DNA of 64,000 nt from Anaerohalosphaeraceae bacterium (GTDB taxonomy: Bacteria; Planctomycetota; Phycisphaerae; Sedimentisphaerales; Anaerohalosphaeraceae): positions 384,001 to 448,000 of the forward strand of contig CAXXSL010000011.1 in the NCBI GenBank assembly GCA_963675525.2, read 5' to 3'. How positions within the stretch are numbered: position 1 is the first letter of the stretch; each line of letters starts with the position of its first letter. The translations under genes were made by a program, and so were the position numbers. A model generated the notes under the pieces. That model saw only the letters and a program-made list of their open reading frames with translations. It made no database searches and was not told where the DNA came from. Below, in pieces: positions 21,876-31,377 of this stretch.

Positions 21876-22865
21876 TCAGAACTGCTTCAGGAAGCGAATA
21901 TCGTTTTCAAAGAGATTCCGGATGTCGGTAATCCCGTACTTTTTCATGGCCAGCCGTTCGATCCCGAAACCGAAGGCCCATCCGGTGTATTTTTCGCTGT
22001 CGATGCCGACGGCGTCAAAAACATTCGGATCCACCATGCCGCAGCCGCCGATCTCCATCCAGTTTTCATTGCCGGACTTATCCACCCAGAGGATATCCAC
22101 CTCACAACTTGGCTCCGTGAACGGGAAAAAACTCGGGCGAAAACGCCATTTCGTATCGGCCCCAAAAAACGTATGGATGAACTGGTTGACGCTGCTTTTC
22201 AGATCCACCATCGTAATGCCTTCATCGACGACCAATGCTTCAAGCTGATGGAACATGAACATGTGTGTCGCATCCACCGTATCCGGTCGGTACACGCGCC
22301 CGGGTGCAACAACACGGATCGGGGGTTTTTGATTTTCCATGACACGAATTTGAATTGTTGAAGTCTGGCTTCGCAACAGAATGGAATCATCGAGATAAAA
22401 ATTATCAATGGGATCACGTGCCGGATGTTCCGGCGGGATATTCAAGGCAACAAAATTATGCCACTCGTCTTCAACTTCCGGGCCATAGGCAATATCAAAC
22501 CCCATTCGTCCGAAGATATCCAGCAGTTCTGTGATCGTCTGTGAAATAATATGCGACTTGCCCTGCTGGACGGGTTTTCCCGGCAGCGTCACATCCACCA
22601 CCGGTGAAGTCTGCTTTTGTGAGGACCCCAGTGAATCTTTCAGTGCATCAAAGGCCGCAGTAATTTCCTGTTTGATCTGGTTAGCCAGTTGCCCACCGGC
22701 TTTTTTTTGCTCTTTGGGCAAGGTTCCGATCAGGCTGAGCATGCCGGTCACCTCACCCTTGCGTCCGAGATACTTGATACGAAATGCCTCAAGAGACTCG
22801 GCATCTATAATCGTCTCCAACTCGGCCCGGGCCCGGTCACCAATCTGTGTGAACTGCTCCAGCAT
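21876..22865 (-). CDS. pheS: Phenylalanine-tRNA ligase alpha subunit
   Basis: HPAR, LRSQTS, FHQLE, FRPSFFPFTEP and GFGIERLAM motifs. Confidence 0.98.
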   Translation of the reverse strand: MLEQFTQIGDRARAELETIIDAESLEAFRIKYLGRKGEVTGMLSLIGTLPKEQKKAGGQLANQIKQEITAAFDALKDSLGSSQKQTSPVVDVTLPGKPVQQGKSHIISQTITELLDIFGRMGFDIAYGPEVEDEWHNFVALNIPPEHPARDPIDNFYLDDSILLRSQTSTIQIRVMENQKPPIRVVAPGRVYRPDTVDATHMFMFHQLEALVVDEGITMVDLKSSVNQFIHTFFGADTKWRFRPSFFPFTEPSCEVDILWVDKSGNENWMEIGGCGMVDPNVFDAVGIDSEKYTGWAFGFGIERLAMKKYGITDIRNLFENDIRFLKQF

Positions 22866-22917
22866 CTTCCTTTGTCCGTTAACGAAATCAAACAGGCGGT
22901 ATTAAAATTGCTTCGTG

Positions 22918-23274
22918 TTACGCCAGTGCGGCTTTCGCTTGTTCAACAATTGCGTCAAAAGCAGCCTCGTCAGCAATTGCGATCTCGCTGAGCATCTTGC
23001 GATTCAGTTCGATTCCGGCTTTCTTCAAACCGTTAATAAACTGACTGTAACGTATGTCTCGCAGTTGACAGGCCGCACTTAAGCGAATAATCCAGAGGCC
23101 GCGATAATCACGTTTCTTTAATTTGCGGCCGACACGTGCATTGACGGCAGCACGGGTTCGAGCCTCCTTGGCAAGGCGGATTTGGGTGCGCGTTGCACCA
23201 CGATAACCTTTGACTTCCTTCAGGATCCTTTTTTTCGCCTGACGGGCAGCAGCCCCTTTTCGTACTCTTGGCAT
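22918..23274 (-). CDS. rplT: 50S ribosomal protein L20
   Basis: MPRV, KKRDYRGLWI and LNRKMLSEIA motifs. Confidence 0.98.
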   Translation of the reverse strand: MPRVRKGAAARQAKKRILKEVKGYRGATRTQIRLAKEARTRAAVNARVGRKLKKRDYRGLWIIRLSAACQLRDIRYSQFINGLKKAGIELNRKMLSEIAIADEAAFDAIVEQAKAALA

Positions 23275-23357
23275 ACCAGCTTTCCTTTCATTTGACGAAG
23301 CATACAGGTCGCTGCGGCAGCTGATGGAGCCGGGAAGCGACGCTCTTTAGTGTGTGC

Positions 23358-23552
23358 TTACTGATTTAATAATGTCTTGATCTTACGAGCAACTTTACCG
23401 GTGACCAAAGCAGTCTTTCCCATTTCACGGCACTTCTTGCCGCTTGTACCGCTCATCAGATGGCTGCCGTTGCACTTGGGACGTTTGACTTTCCCGGTAC
23501 CGGTCACTTTTACGCGTTTTCTCAGACCCTTATGGGTTTTCTGCTTAGGCAT
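23358..23552 (-). CDS. rpmI: 50S ribosomal protein L35
   Basis: MPKQKTHKG..KRVKVTGTGK, located between infC and rplT. Confidence 0.95.
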   Translation of the reverse strand: MPKQKTHKGLRKRVKVTGTGKVKRPKCNGSHLMSGTSGKKCREMGKTALVTGKVARKIKTLLNQ

Positions 23553-23704
23553 TTAACTTATTCCTATCAATGACTTTATAGACACTCTACGTACATATCC
23601 CGATTAAGAGACCCGATACGATAATCGTTAGGGGCGTTTTTGTCAACCGGAAATTTGTGTTTTTTGGTTTTTGGGAAATAATCGATGAAATTCGACCTAA
23701 TTAA

Positions 23705-24220
23705 TTAGGTTTTCAACGGTCCCATGACCATTGTGATCCGTCGGCCCAGTTTTTGAGCGGCGCGTTCAAGTTTTCCTTTTTCCTGCAGGGTTTCGGTTAT
23801 TTCGTTCATGATCTCGAAACCATGTTCCACATGCATCATTTCGCGGCCGCGGAAAAGCATGGTAAACTGAACTTTATGACCTTTTTCAAGAAACTTGACA
23901 GCATGCTCCACCTTGATGTCCCGATCATGATCATCTATCTTGGGACGCAGCCGAATCTCCTTTAAAACAACCGTATGCTGCTTTTTCTGGCTCAGCTTGA
24001 CTTTTCGCTTCTGTTCGTAGAGATATTTGCCGTAATCCATGATCCGGCATACCGGCGGTTCTGAAGTCGGCGCGACCTCTACAAGGTCAAGCCCCAATTC
24101 CCGGGCTCTTTCAAAGGCTTCTCTGGTATCAACGATTCCCGCCTGCTCGTTATTTTCGTCGATCAAGCGAATCGGGCATTTGTGAATACGATCGTTAATC
24201 CGTAAATTATCTTTGCTAAT
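23705..24220 (-). CDS. infC: Translation initiation factor IF-3 (ATT start)
   Basis: The frame extends upstream of the ORF-track start to ATT at 24220 (ISKDNLRINDRI...), preceded by GAAAGG. LDLVEV, PPVCRIMDYGK and FRGRE motifs. Confidence 0.95.
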   Translation of the reverse strand: MSKDNLRINDRIHKCPIRLIDENNEQAGIVDTREAFERARELGLDLVEVAPTSEPPVCRIMDYGKYLYEQKRKVKLSQKKQHTVVLKEIRLRPKIDDHDRDIKVEHAVKFLEKGHKVQFTMLFRGREMMHVEHGFEIMNEITETLQEKGKLERAAQKLGRRITMVMGPLKT

Positions 24221-24286
24221 GGCTCATTACCTTTCAAAAAATATTGTTTTCTAATATACGGTTCCTGTCAGACCATCAACGCTCAT

Positions 24287-26212
24287 TTAGAGCGATAAGT
24301 CCAGACATTTATCGGCATTTTTCCTTAGGGCGGTTGAGATAAATTCATCCAACGACAAGGTTTGCGTTTCCTGACTCTGGCGAATCCGAACATTGACCGC
24401 CCTGTCAGCGGCCTCTTTGGGGCCGACCACCAGCATATACGGGATCCTGTCCGCATGGGCCCGGGCGATCTTGGCTCCGATCTTATCATTGGAGGCATCG
24501 ACCGTTACGCTCAGGGCCGCCATCTTAATCGCCGCCTTGACCTCTTCGGCGAAATCATTTGTTTTTTCACTGATCGGCAATATCCGCACCTGTTCCGGGG
24601 AAAGCCAAAGCGGCATATTCCCGCCGTAATGCTCAATCAGTATCCCCAAAAACCGCTCCAGTGACCCTAAAATCGCCCGATGGATCATCACGGGGGTCTT
24701 TTCCGTATTGTCCTGAGCGGTATATACCAGTTCAAACCGCTGCGGCATGGAGAAATCCAACTGGATCGTTCCCAACTGCCACGACCGGTTCAAACAATCA
24801 TTGATATGGAAATCGATCTTCGGCCCGTAAAACGCCCCATCGCCCTCATTAATTTGGTAATCCATGCCCTTGTGGTCCAGCGCCCCCTTTAACGCATTGG
24901 TTGCCGTTTCCCAAATCTCATCGGAACCGATATGCTTTTCCGGTTTGGTGGACAGCTCAACATGGTAATCGGTAAACCCGAATGTCGCGTACATTTCCTG
25001 CACCAGGTCAATTACGCCGACGATCTCGCTTTCAATTTGCTCCGGCGTACAGAAAATATGGGCATCGTCCTGTGTAAACTGACGCACCCGCACCAGCCCG
25101 TGCATCTGACCGCTGGCTTCATAGCGATGCACCAGCCCCAGCTCAGCCACACGCATCGGCAGTTCACGATACGAATGCTTGTTGCTGTTATAAACCAGTA
25201 GCCCACCGGGACAGTTCATCGGCTTGACCGCATAGGTCATCTCGTCCACAGTAGTGAAGTACATATTCTCTTTATAGTTCTCATAATGGCCGCTCTTGTG
25301 CCACAGCGACTCGTTAAGCATGATGGGTGTCTTGATTTCCTCATACTCGTACCGGCGATGCACATCCCGCCAGAAATCGATAATACCGTTCCAGATACGC
25401 ATCCCCTTCGGATGCAGGAAAGCAAACCCCGGCCCCTCATCGTGAAAGCTGAACAGGTCCATCTGTTTGCCGAGCAGCCGGTGGTCGCGTTTTTTCGCTT
25501 CCTCTATCCGGAACAGGTAATCGGCCAGTTCTTTCTTATCACGCCATGCCGTGCCGTACACACGCTGCAGCATCTTCTGCGACGCATCGCCGTGCCAGTA
25601 AGCGCCTGCAACGGACATCACTTTAAAGCCCTTACCGTCAATCATTTTGGTACGCGGCACATGCGGCCCGCGGCATAAATCCTCAAATCCATCCGCGCCA
25701 TGCTTGTAAAAGCTCAGCACCTCGCCGGTGGCATTGGCAATATTATCCAGCTTGTACATGTCGCCGGCCATCTTCGCTTCCGCCTCGGTGCGTGTCATCT
25801 CAATGCGTTCAAAGGGCGTATCAGCCTTGATGACTTCCTTCATCTTCTGTTCGATGCGGGAGAAATCTTCCGGCCGGATCGGCGTGTCCAGATCGATGTC
25901 GTAGTAGAAGCCATCCGTCACGGTCGGCCCGTAAACAAGCTTCGCCTCCGGCCAAATCGAACAGATCGCCTCGGCCATGACATGCGCACAGCTGTGTCGG
26001 ATGATCTCTAATCCCAAGTCGTCTTTGGCGGTAATGATGACCACGTCCACATCACCAGTGATGGGAGTGGAAAGATCTGTTAGTTGACCGTTGATTTTGG
26101 CCGCTATCGCAACCCGCGCCAGCCCCGGCCCGATCTGAGCCGCCAAATCCGCCACGCTCGCCCCGTCAGCCACTTCAAGAATGCTTCCGTCAGGAAGTTT
26201 TGCTTTTGCCAT
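24287..26212 (-). CDS. thrS: Threonine-tRNA ligase
   Basis: TGS domain, RHSCAH, DLCRGPH, KPMNCP and FYGPKID motifs. Confidence 0.98.
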   Translation of the reverse strand: MAKAKLPDGSILEVADGASVADLAAQIGPGLARVAIAAKINGQLTDLSTPITGDVDVVIITAKDDLGLEIIRHSCAHVMAEAICSIWPEAKLVYGPTVTDGFYYDIDLDTPIRPEDFSRIEQKMKEVIKADTPFERIEMTRTEAEAKMAGDMYKLDNIANATGEVLSFYKHGADGFEDLCRGPHVPRTKMIDGKGFKVMSVAGAYWHGDASQKMLQRVYGTAWRDKKELADYLFRIEEAKKRDHRLLGKQMDLFSFHDEGPGFAFLHPKGMRIWNGIIDFWRDVHRRYEYEEIKTPIMLNESLWHKSGHYENYKENMYFTTVDEMTYAVKPMNCPGGLLVYNSNKHSYRELPMRVAELGLVHRYEASGQMHGLVRVRQFTQDDAHIFCTPEQIESEIVGVIDLVQEMYATFGFTDYHVELSTKPEKHIGSDEIWETATNALKGALDHKGMDYQINEGDGAFYGPKIDFHINDCLNRSWQLGTIQLDFSMPQRFELVYTAQDNTEKTPVMIHRAILGSLERFLGILIEHYGGNMPLWLSPEQVRILPISEKTNDFAEEVKAAIKMAALSVTVDASNDKIGAKIARAHADRIPYMLVVGPKEAADRAVNVRIRQSQETQTLSLDEFISTALRKNADKCLDLSL

Positions 26213-26241
26213 GAATTCGTCCAGTACCTCAAATAAATCAC

Positions 26242-26296
26242 GTAACCCCGGTGTCAGACCGGCTTAATAATAATGTAACGCCGGCATCCTGCCGGC
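26242..26296. repeat. Pair of REP-like palindromes in the thrS leader
   Basis: GTAACCCCGGTGTCAGACCGGC and GTAACGCCGGCATCCTGCCGGC share a GTAAC tag followed by a CCGG hairpin. Confidence 0.55.
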
Positions 26297-26343
26297 AGTT
26301 TTTATCCAAAAAACGCACATTTTTCTCTAAAAATAGAGCCTAT

Positions 26344-26372
26344 AGTCTAAGGAACTGCAAATGAAATGTCAA
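26344..26372 (-). promoter_or_regulatory. Sigma70-type promoter of thrS
   Basis: TTGACA-17 nt-TAGACT on the minus strand. Confidence 0.65.
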
Positions 26373-26410
26373 GACCCAATCAATACACAATCGAAATTCC
26401 CCAAGTTTAA

Positions 26411-26432
26411 CCTCCGCTTCTTGAAGCGGAGG
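26411..26432. terminator. Hairpin after the 1600-aa gene, possible terminator
   Basis: Perfect inverted repeat CCTCCGCTTC-TT-GAAGCGGAGG, 8 nt past the stop, with only a weak U-tract. Confidence 0.45.
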
Positions 26433-26440
26433 GTGTATTA

Positions 26441-29400
26441 TCATTCCCCCCACAGCCAGTTGTTCAGGAAAATAGACAAATCGTTCGGGTCGACAATGTT
26501 ATTCAGGTCGAAATCGCTGTCCAGCAGAACGCGTTCATCCAGCCAGTCATCCGACCACAGCGACCAATCGCCTAAATCAACCGCATCATCGTGATTCAGG
26601 TCCGCCGGATTACCAACCGGATTAAGCGACATGCTCGCCTGCGGCGTGCCGCCGTAGGCGCCCATATTGATTCGGCCCCCATGCGGCCACAGTTCATCCT
26701 GCCACCCCATATCATTCGGGTCGCCCGCATCAATACAAGGACTGGTAACGTCATCAACCACCCAAGCCCCAAACACCCGCGGCTGGAGATAATCTTCACA
26801 GAACAAGAGAAAATCATCCAAATCAATTATGTCATCCCCATATAAATTACATGGTATCTGTAAATACCAGTCTCTTATAAGCCCCCAATTCTGAGCTAAT
26901 TCTGTAAAATCAATCAAATCCACCCGCTTATCCAGATTAAAATCAGCCCTGGCGAATCCATCCCAAACAAATCGCCCCGCCTTGCTCTTGAGATGCAAGT
27001 CACCATAATCATTATTATATAATGGGCTATAATCCATCATTGATGTTCCGGGAATTGATATCGGAAACCACCCATCCCCGCCGTCATTCGGCTCTCTCGC
27101 AAACACCGGATCAGTATCGATATTCCCCGGCCCCCAGGTTAATGTATTTGGATCAACCAGATTCGGATCGGGAAGAATCCCATTTTGTAAATAATTACCA
27201 AAAGAAGAATAATCCGGGAATATCAAAATACTGCCTTCACTATCTTCGATGTCACTATATGAGATAGTTACGCGGGAATTGAGCGGATTATTAAAGTCAC
27301 CGCTGTTGTTTTGGATGGTAACCTGTTTATTATCACTTCCCTGGTTGCCCCAGATAATTGAATTTTCCAGTAATACATCGGATTCTCGAATAAATAACCC
27401 AGCTCCCGTTGGAACATAAGGATAAAATTCATCAATATTGAACAGACAATAAGCAATCGTCGTGTTTACGATGTCCGCGTGTCCATTTCGAATCATAATC
27501 GCAGACATTTGGTCATAAGGATATGAAACACATTTAAGGCTGAACAGGCAATTTTCGATTATCGTATTACCGGTGGTATTACGGTTATTGTAAATTCTTA
27601 TGCCGCCGCCCCCCTGCCTGGTCATTTGCACTCCAACAAACGTGCAATTTTGAATGCAGGGATTGCCTTGATTGACGTAAATAGGGTAGCCGCTGTCACC
27701 ATAAGGTATTAAAGAACCTGACCAAACGCAATTTTTAATGACCGGACTGCTGTTATAACAGTATATATACCCATTTATAGTTAATCCGTCTAATACGGCA
27801 TCCCGCCCTTCCTGTTTATCGAAATAGAACCTGCCGGTTACTATGGTAGAGCCCACGATTTCCGGATTATCCGGCTCGATACTTCTCACCGTGACAGCTT
27901 TGCCCTGATAGCGGATTTCGTCATAATAATAATTTTCTGATGGATACCAACCCGGATGCACAATCACATGGTCCCCATCCACCGCCGCGTTGATAGCTGT
28001 CTGAATCGTGGGATATTCGATCGGCACATGCCGTTCGCCGTCGCGATACACATGCAGCGACACCGGCACCGTTACGGGTGAGTTGGAAGCGTTTTCATCC
28101 GTAATTGTTAACTGGCAATCGTAATACCCAATTTCCAATGCCGTCGTATCTACCGTTAGCATAACTTCATTCGGTCCGGCAGCACACTGTCCGCTTACAG
28201 GTAAAACAGAAAGCCACTCACAATCCTCAGCGATGTTCCAGTTCAAGGTATCATATCCATTGTTAGAAATCTCCAGCACCTGCGTTAATACATTCGGATC
28301 ATCCACATCACACTCAAAATCAAGCGACGCGGGCGAAAACCCAATTTCCGGCCGCAAAACATCCAACGACACCGTTACCACCTGCGGACTGTTGCTCGCA
28401 TTCGGTGCTTCGACCGTCAACTGGCAGTTATAGGTGCCATATTCCATATTACTTTGGTCGATATTGAGCATCACGTCCGCACTGCCTGTTGTTATTACAC
28501 CCAAATCCGGTTCGATCTGCATCCAGTTACAATTCGGCGTAATGCTCCAATTCAATGTCCCTCCGCCTGTATTCGATATTGTCAAAACTTGTGGTTCGGG
28601 GTTCAACGTTTCCTTGCTTGCGGTAAAGTTGTAATTATTTTGGCTGATACTAAGAGAAGGTCCTGTGATAGTCAGGTACACATCAATCATTTTTGGGTTG
28701 TTCATAGCATTGGGGTCGGAAATCGTAATTTGACCGAAATACTGACCCGCCGTCAAACTACCGATATCCGGCGTAATGCTGATAGTGGCAGTTTGTTCCC
28801 AGTTGACACTGCCGCTTGCCGGGATAGTTTGCAGCCAACTGGTATTCGAACTGGCTGTCCAGTTAAGATTCGATCGGCCTAAATTATAGAAAGTAATCGT
28901 TTGTGGTACTGGATTATTTCTTGCCTCCATCGCTGTAAAGTTGAGATTACTGACAGACATCAAAATGAAAGGTTCTTCCGTAGAAAATTCATCCGCTCCC
29001 ATATCAACTCTTGTTCCAACTATTCTCAAGTTTCCATCAATGTCGACTTCATTGACATCCGCAATAGTATTTGGATCACCTGCATTGATACAGGGAGAAT
29101 CTGCCGAAAGGCTGTAGCCATTACTCTGAAATAACGGATCAAGATCGATATTTCCAGTTCCTCCGCATCCACCCTGAATATTACTATAAGTAGCGTTATT
29201 ACCCCAACCAGAAAGCTGCTGTTGCGAATTATTCCAAATAATGGAATTACGGATTATTGAGTTACAACCTGTGTAGGAATGAATACCGCCGCCATCAGCT
29301 CCTGCATTATTACTTGTTATCGTGCAATTCTCAATAATGGTATTGCTCCATGCACAGTAAAATGCACCACCATAATGCTCTCCGTTATTTCCCGCTATAA

Positions 29401-31243
29401 AAGAATTTTTAATAGTAAGATTGTCATTCCAACAGTAGATTCCCCCACCTTCGTTTGCACTATTATTTATTATATGACAATTTTTGACCATTGTATTACT
29501 ATTGTTACAATAGATCCCACCACCATAACCAGATGCGCTATTATACCCGACATTATTCTTTATTGTACAGTTCTTTATGATAGGACTACCAAGAACGCAA
29601 TAAACCCCACCACCTGAAGGGGATCTATTCTCTGTAATTATACAATTTTGGATAGTTGGACTGCTGCTATGACAACGGATTCCACCGCCATGATTGGCCC
29701 ATACATAACCATTTATAATGGTAAAGTTCTCGACTACAGAATTTACGTCTTCTCCCGAAACAAACATGAATCCTTGATGGAAATTCTCCCAGCTTCCCTG
29801 GCAGTCAATCACAACCAGACTGGGATCGGTAACATTGCCTCGAACAGTTATGGCTTTGCCCAGAAAATCAATATCCCGGTTTCCAGTCCCCGTATAGGTT
29901 CCATCTTCAACTTGAACGGTATCCCCATCTTCAGCAATATCGATCGCCGCCTGAATTGTCGGAACATATCCTGTCCCATCAGCTTTGACGATAATGGTAC
30001 TAATATAGGAAGCAATAAAGTCTTGCTCTGGGGCATCAGCGATTAAATTGCTATAAGCATAATTTTCCGGTGTGATGTCACACTTTATTTTATTGGCCGA
30101 CACTTGTCCCGACCAACTATACGGCACTATAACTTCAAAAAAACCACTTGCATCGGTCGTATCGGACCCGCCACCGTTATTGGCCGCTACAGCTACACCT
30201 TCTACCGGCGTTCCGTCTTCTTCGGTAATGGTACCACTTATTGTTGGTTGGTATGGCGTAAAATCCTGGCCTGTCAAATCTGTGGTTACGTTTGTAAAGC
30301 TTCTCGGAGACTCTATAAAATCATATCCTGATAGAGTCGCTTCAACCGCCCCGCTCCAGCCGTAAGGCACAGTCACACTATACCCCGGTGTGGATACCAC
30401 ACTGCCGACACCGCTGACAGTCACTGTCGCCCCGGCAACACCGGTGTAACCGGAAATGGTTGGCTGATAAGGGGTAAAATCCTGACCCGTTTGATTGGCG
30501 GTTACATTCGTAAAACTTCTCGGCGATTCTGAAAAATAATAGCCCGCCAAACTCACCTCAATCGTACCGCTCCAACCGTAAGGAACAGTTACACTGTAAG
30601 ATGGCGTTGAAATGACACTGCCCACACCGCTAACCGTCACCGTCGCTCCGGCAACACCCGTTGATCCGGAGATGGTTGGCTGGAAACCGCTAAAGTCCTG
30701 ATTGGCTTCATCGGCTACAACATTGGAATAGTTCTTATCTGTGAAATGATAACCCGAAAGCGTTGCCGAAACCGCCCCGCTCCACTCATACGGTACAACA
30801 ATCTCATAATAGCCGCTCGCATCCGTCGTATCCGACCTGCCGCCGTTATCGGCTGTGACATTCGCCCCGGCCAGCGGCGTGCCGTCGGACTTTCGCACAT
30901 ATCCGCTGATCGTCGGCTGCCATGCGGTATAATCCTGATTCGGAATATCGGCACTCACATTATCATAATAATTCGACCCCGGCGTCATCAGCCACCCCGC
31001 CTTACTGACGGTCACCGTCCCGCTCCAGTGTTTCTGCACCACAATCGAATATGTCCCATCCGCGCCTGTTATCGTTGATGGACCGCCATTGTCAGCAACC
31101 ACGTCCACACCGCCCAACCCCGTTCCCGCACCGTCAGCCACAACCCCGCTGATGACATGGGTTGACGCCGCCGTCGCAAACGAAGAAAGACAGACAAACA
31201 GACACACAGCGGAAATGCTCAATATCGCAGTTTTTTCCCTCAT
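26441..31243 (-). CDS. Large secreted modular protein: five carboxypeptidase-regulatory-like beta-sandwich repeats, two beta-helix regions, three BACON-like repeats and dockerin-like repeats
   Basis: Signal peptide, repeated QPTISG...VPYGWSG, two TIQ.AI..A.DGD motifs, three I.N.G...LNW....WL motifs, SPCIDAGDP, GRINMGAYGGT and ADLNHD..VD. Confidence 0.85.
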   Translation of the reverse strand: MREKTAILSISAVCLFVCLSSFATAASTHVISGVVADGAGTGLGGVDVVADNGGPSTITGADGTYSIVVQKHWSGTVTVSKAGWLMTPGSNYYDNVSADIPNQDYTAWQPTISGYVRKSDGTPLAGANVTADNGGRSDTTDASGYYEIVVPYEWSGAVSATLSGYHFTDKNYSNVVADEANQDFSGFQPTISGSTGVAGATVTVSGVGSVISTPSYSVTVPYGWSGTIEVSLAGYYFSESPRSFTNVTANQTGQDFTPYQPTISGYTGVAGATVTVSGVGSVVSTPGYSVTVPYGWSGAVEATLSGYDFIESPRSFTNVTTDLTGQDFTPYQPTISGTITEEDGTPVEGVAVAANNGGGSDTTDASGFFEVIVPYSWSGQVSANKIKCDITPENYAYSNLIADAPEQDFIASYISTIIVKADGTGYVPTIQAAIDIAEDGDTVQVEDGTYTGTGNRDIDFLGKAITVRGNVTDPSLVVIDCQGSWENFHQGFMFVSGEDVNSVVENFTIINGYVWANHGGGIRCHSSSPTIQNCIITENRSPSGGGVYCVLGSPIIKNCTIKNNVGYNSASGYGGGIYCNNSNTMVKNCHIINNSANEGGGIYCWNDNLTIKNSFIAGNNGEHYGGAFYCAWSNTIIENCTITSNNAGADGGGIHSYTGCNSIIRNSIIWNNSQQQLSGWGNNATYSNIQGGCGGTGNIDLDPLFQSNGYSLSADSPCINAGDPNTIADVNEVDIDGNLRIVGTRVDMGADEFSTEEPFILMSVSNLNFTAMEARNNPVPQTITFYNLGRSNLNWTASSNTSWLQTIPASGSVNWEQTATISITPDIGSLTAGQYFGQITISDPNAMNNPKMIDVYLTITGPSLSISQNNYNFTASKETLNPEPQVLTISNTGGGTLNWSITPNCNWMQIEPDLGVITTGSADVMLNIDQSNMEYGTYNCQLTVEAPNASNSPQVVTVSLDVLRPEIGFSPASLDFECDVDDPNVLTQVLEISNNGYDTLNWNIAEDCEWLSVLPVSGQCAAGPNEVMLTVDTTALEIGYYDCQLTITDENASNSPVTVPVSLHVYRDGERHVPIEYPTIQTAINAAVDGDHVIVHPGWYPSENYYYDEIRYQGKAVTVRSIEPDNPEIVGSTIVTGRFYFDKQEGRDAVLDGLTINGYIYCYNSSPVIKNCVWSGSLIPYGDSGYPIYVNQGNPCIQNCTFVGVQMTRQGGGGIRIYNNRNTTGNTIIENCLFSLKCVSYPYDQMSAIMIRNGHADIVNTTIAYCLFNIDEFYPYVPTGAGLFIRESDVLLENSIIWGNQGSDNKQVTIQNNSGDFNNPLNSRVTISYSDIEDSEGSILIFPDYSSFGNYLQNGILPDPNLVDPNTLTWGPGNIDTDPVFAREPNDGGDGWFPISIPGTSMMDYSPLYNNDYGDLHLKSKAGRFVWDGFARADFNLDKRVDLIDFTELAQNWGLIRDWYLQIPCNLYGDDIIDLDDFLLFCEDYLQPRVFGAWVVDDVTSPCIDAGDPNDMGWQDELWPHGGRINMGAYGGTPQASMSLNPVGNPADLNHDDAVDLGDWSLWSDDWLDERVLLDSDFDLNNIVDPNDLSIFLNNWLWGE

Positions 31244-31377
31244 TCTCCTAAAAACCTCCTTTTCGGCCTTCTACACCATCCAATTAAGGACTCTTTCAAG
31301 CCTCTATAATACCAAACCCCACCCCCAAAAATCAACCAAAATCCTCCAATGTCCCTGCTCTAAATGAGAAATGCGGC

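Noticed and set aside
26242..26296. tRNA-Thr anticodon-mimic operator or T-box for thrS
   Set aside because: The mRNA-strand loops (CUGAC, GGA) lack a Thr anticodon and there is no T-box motif.
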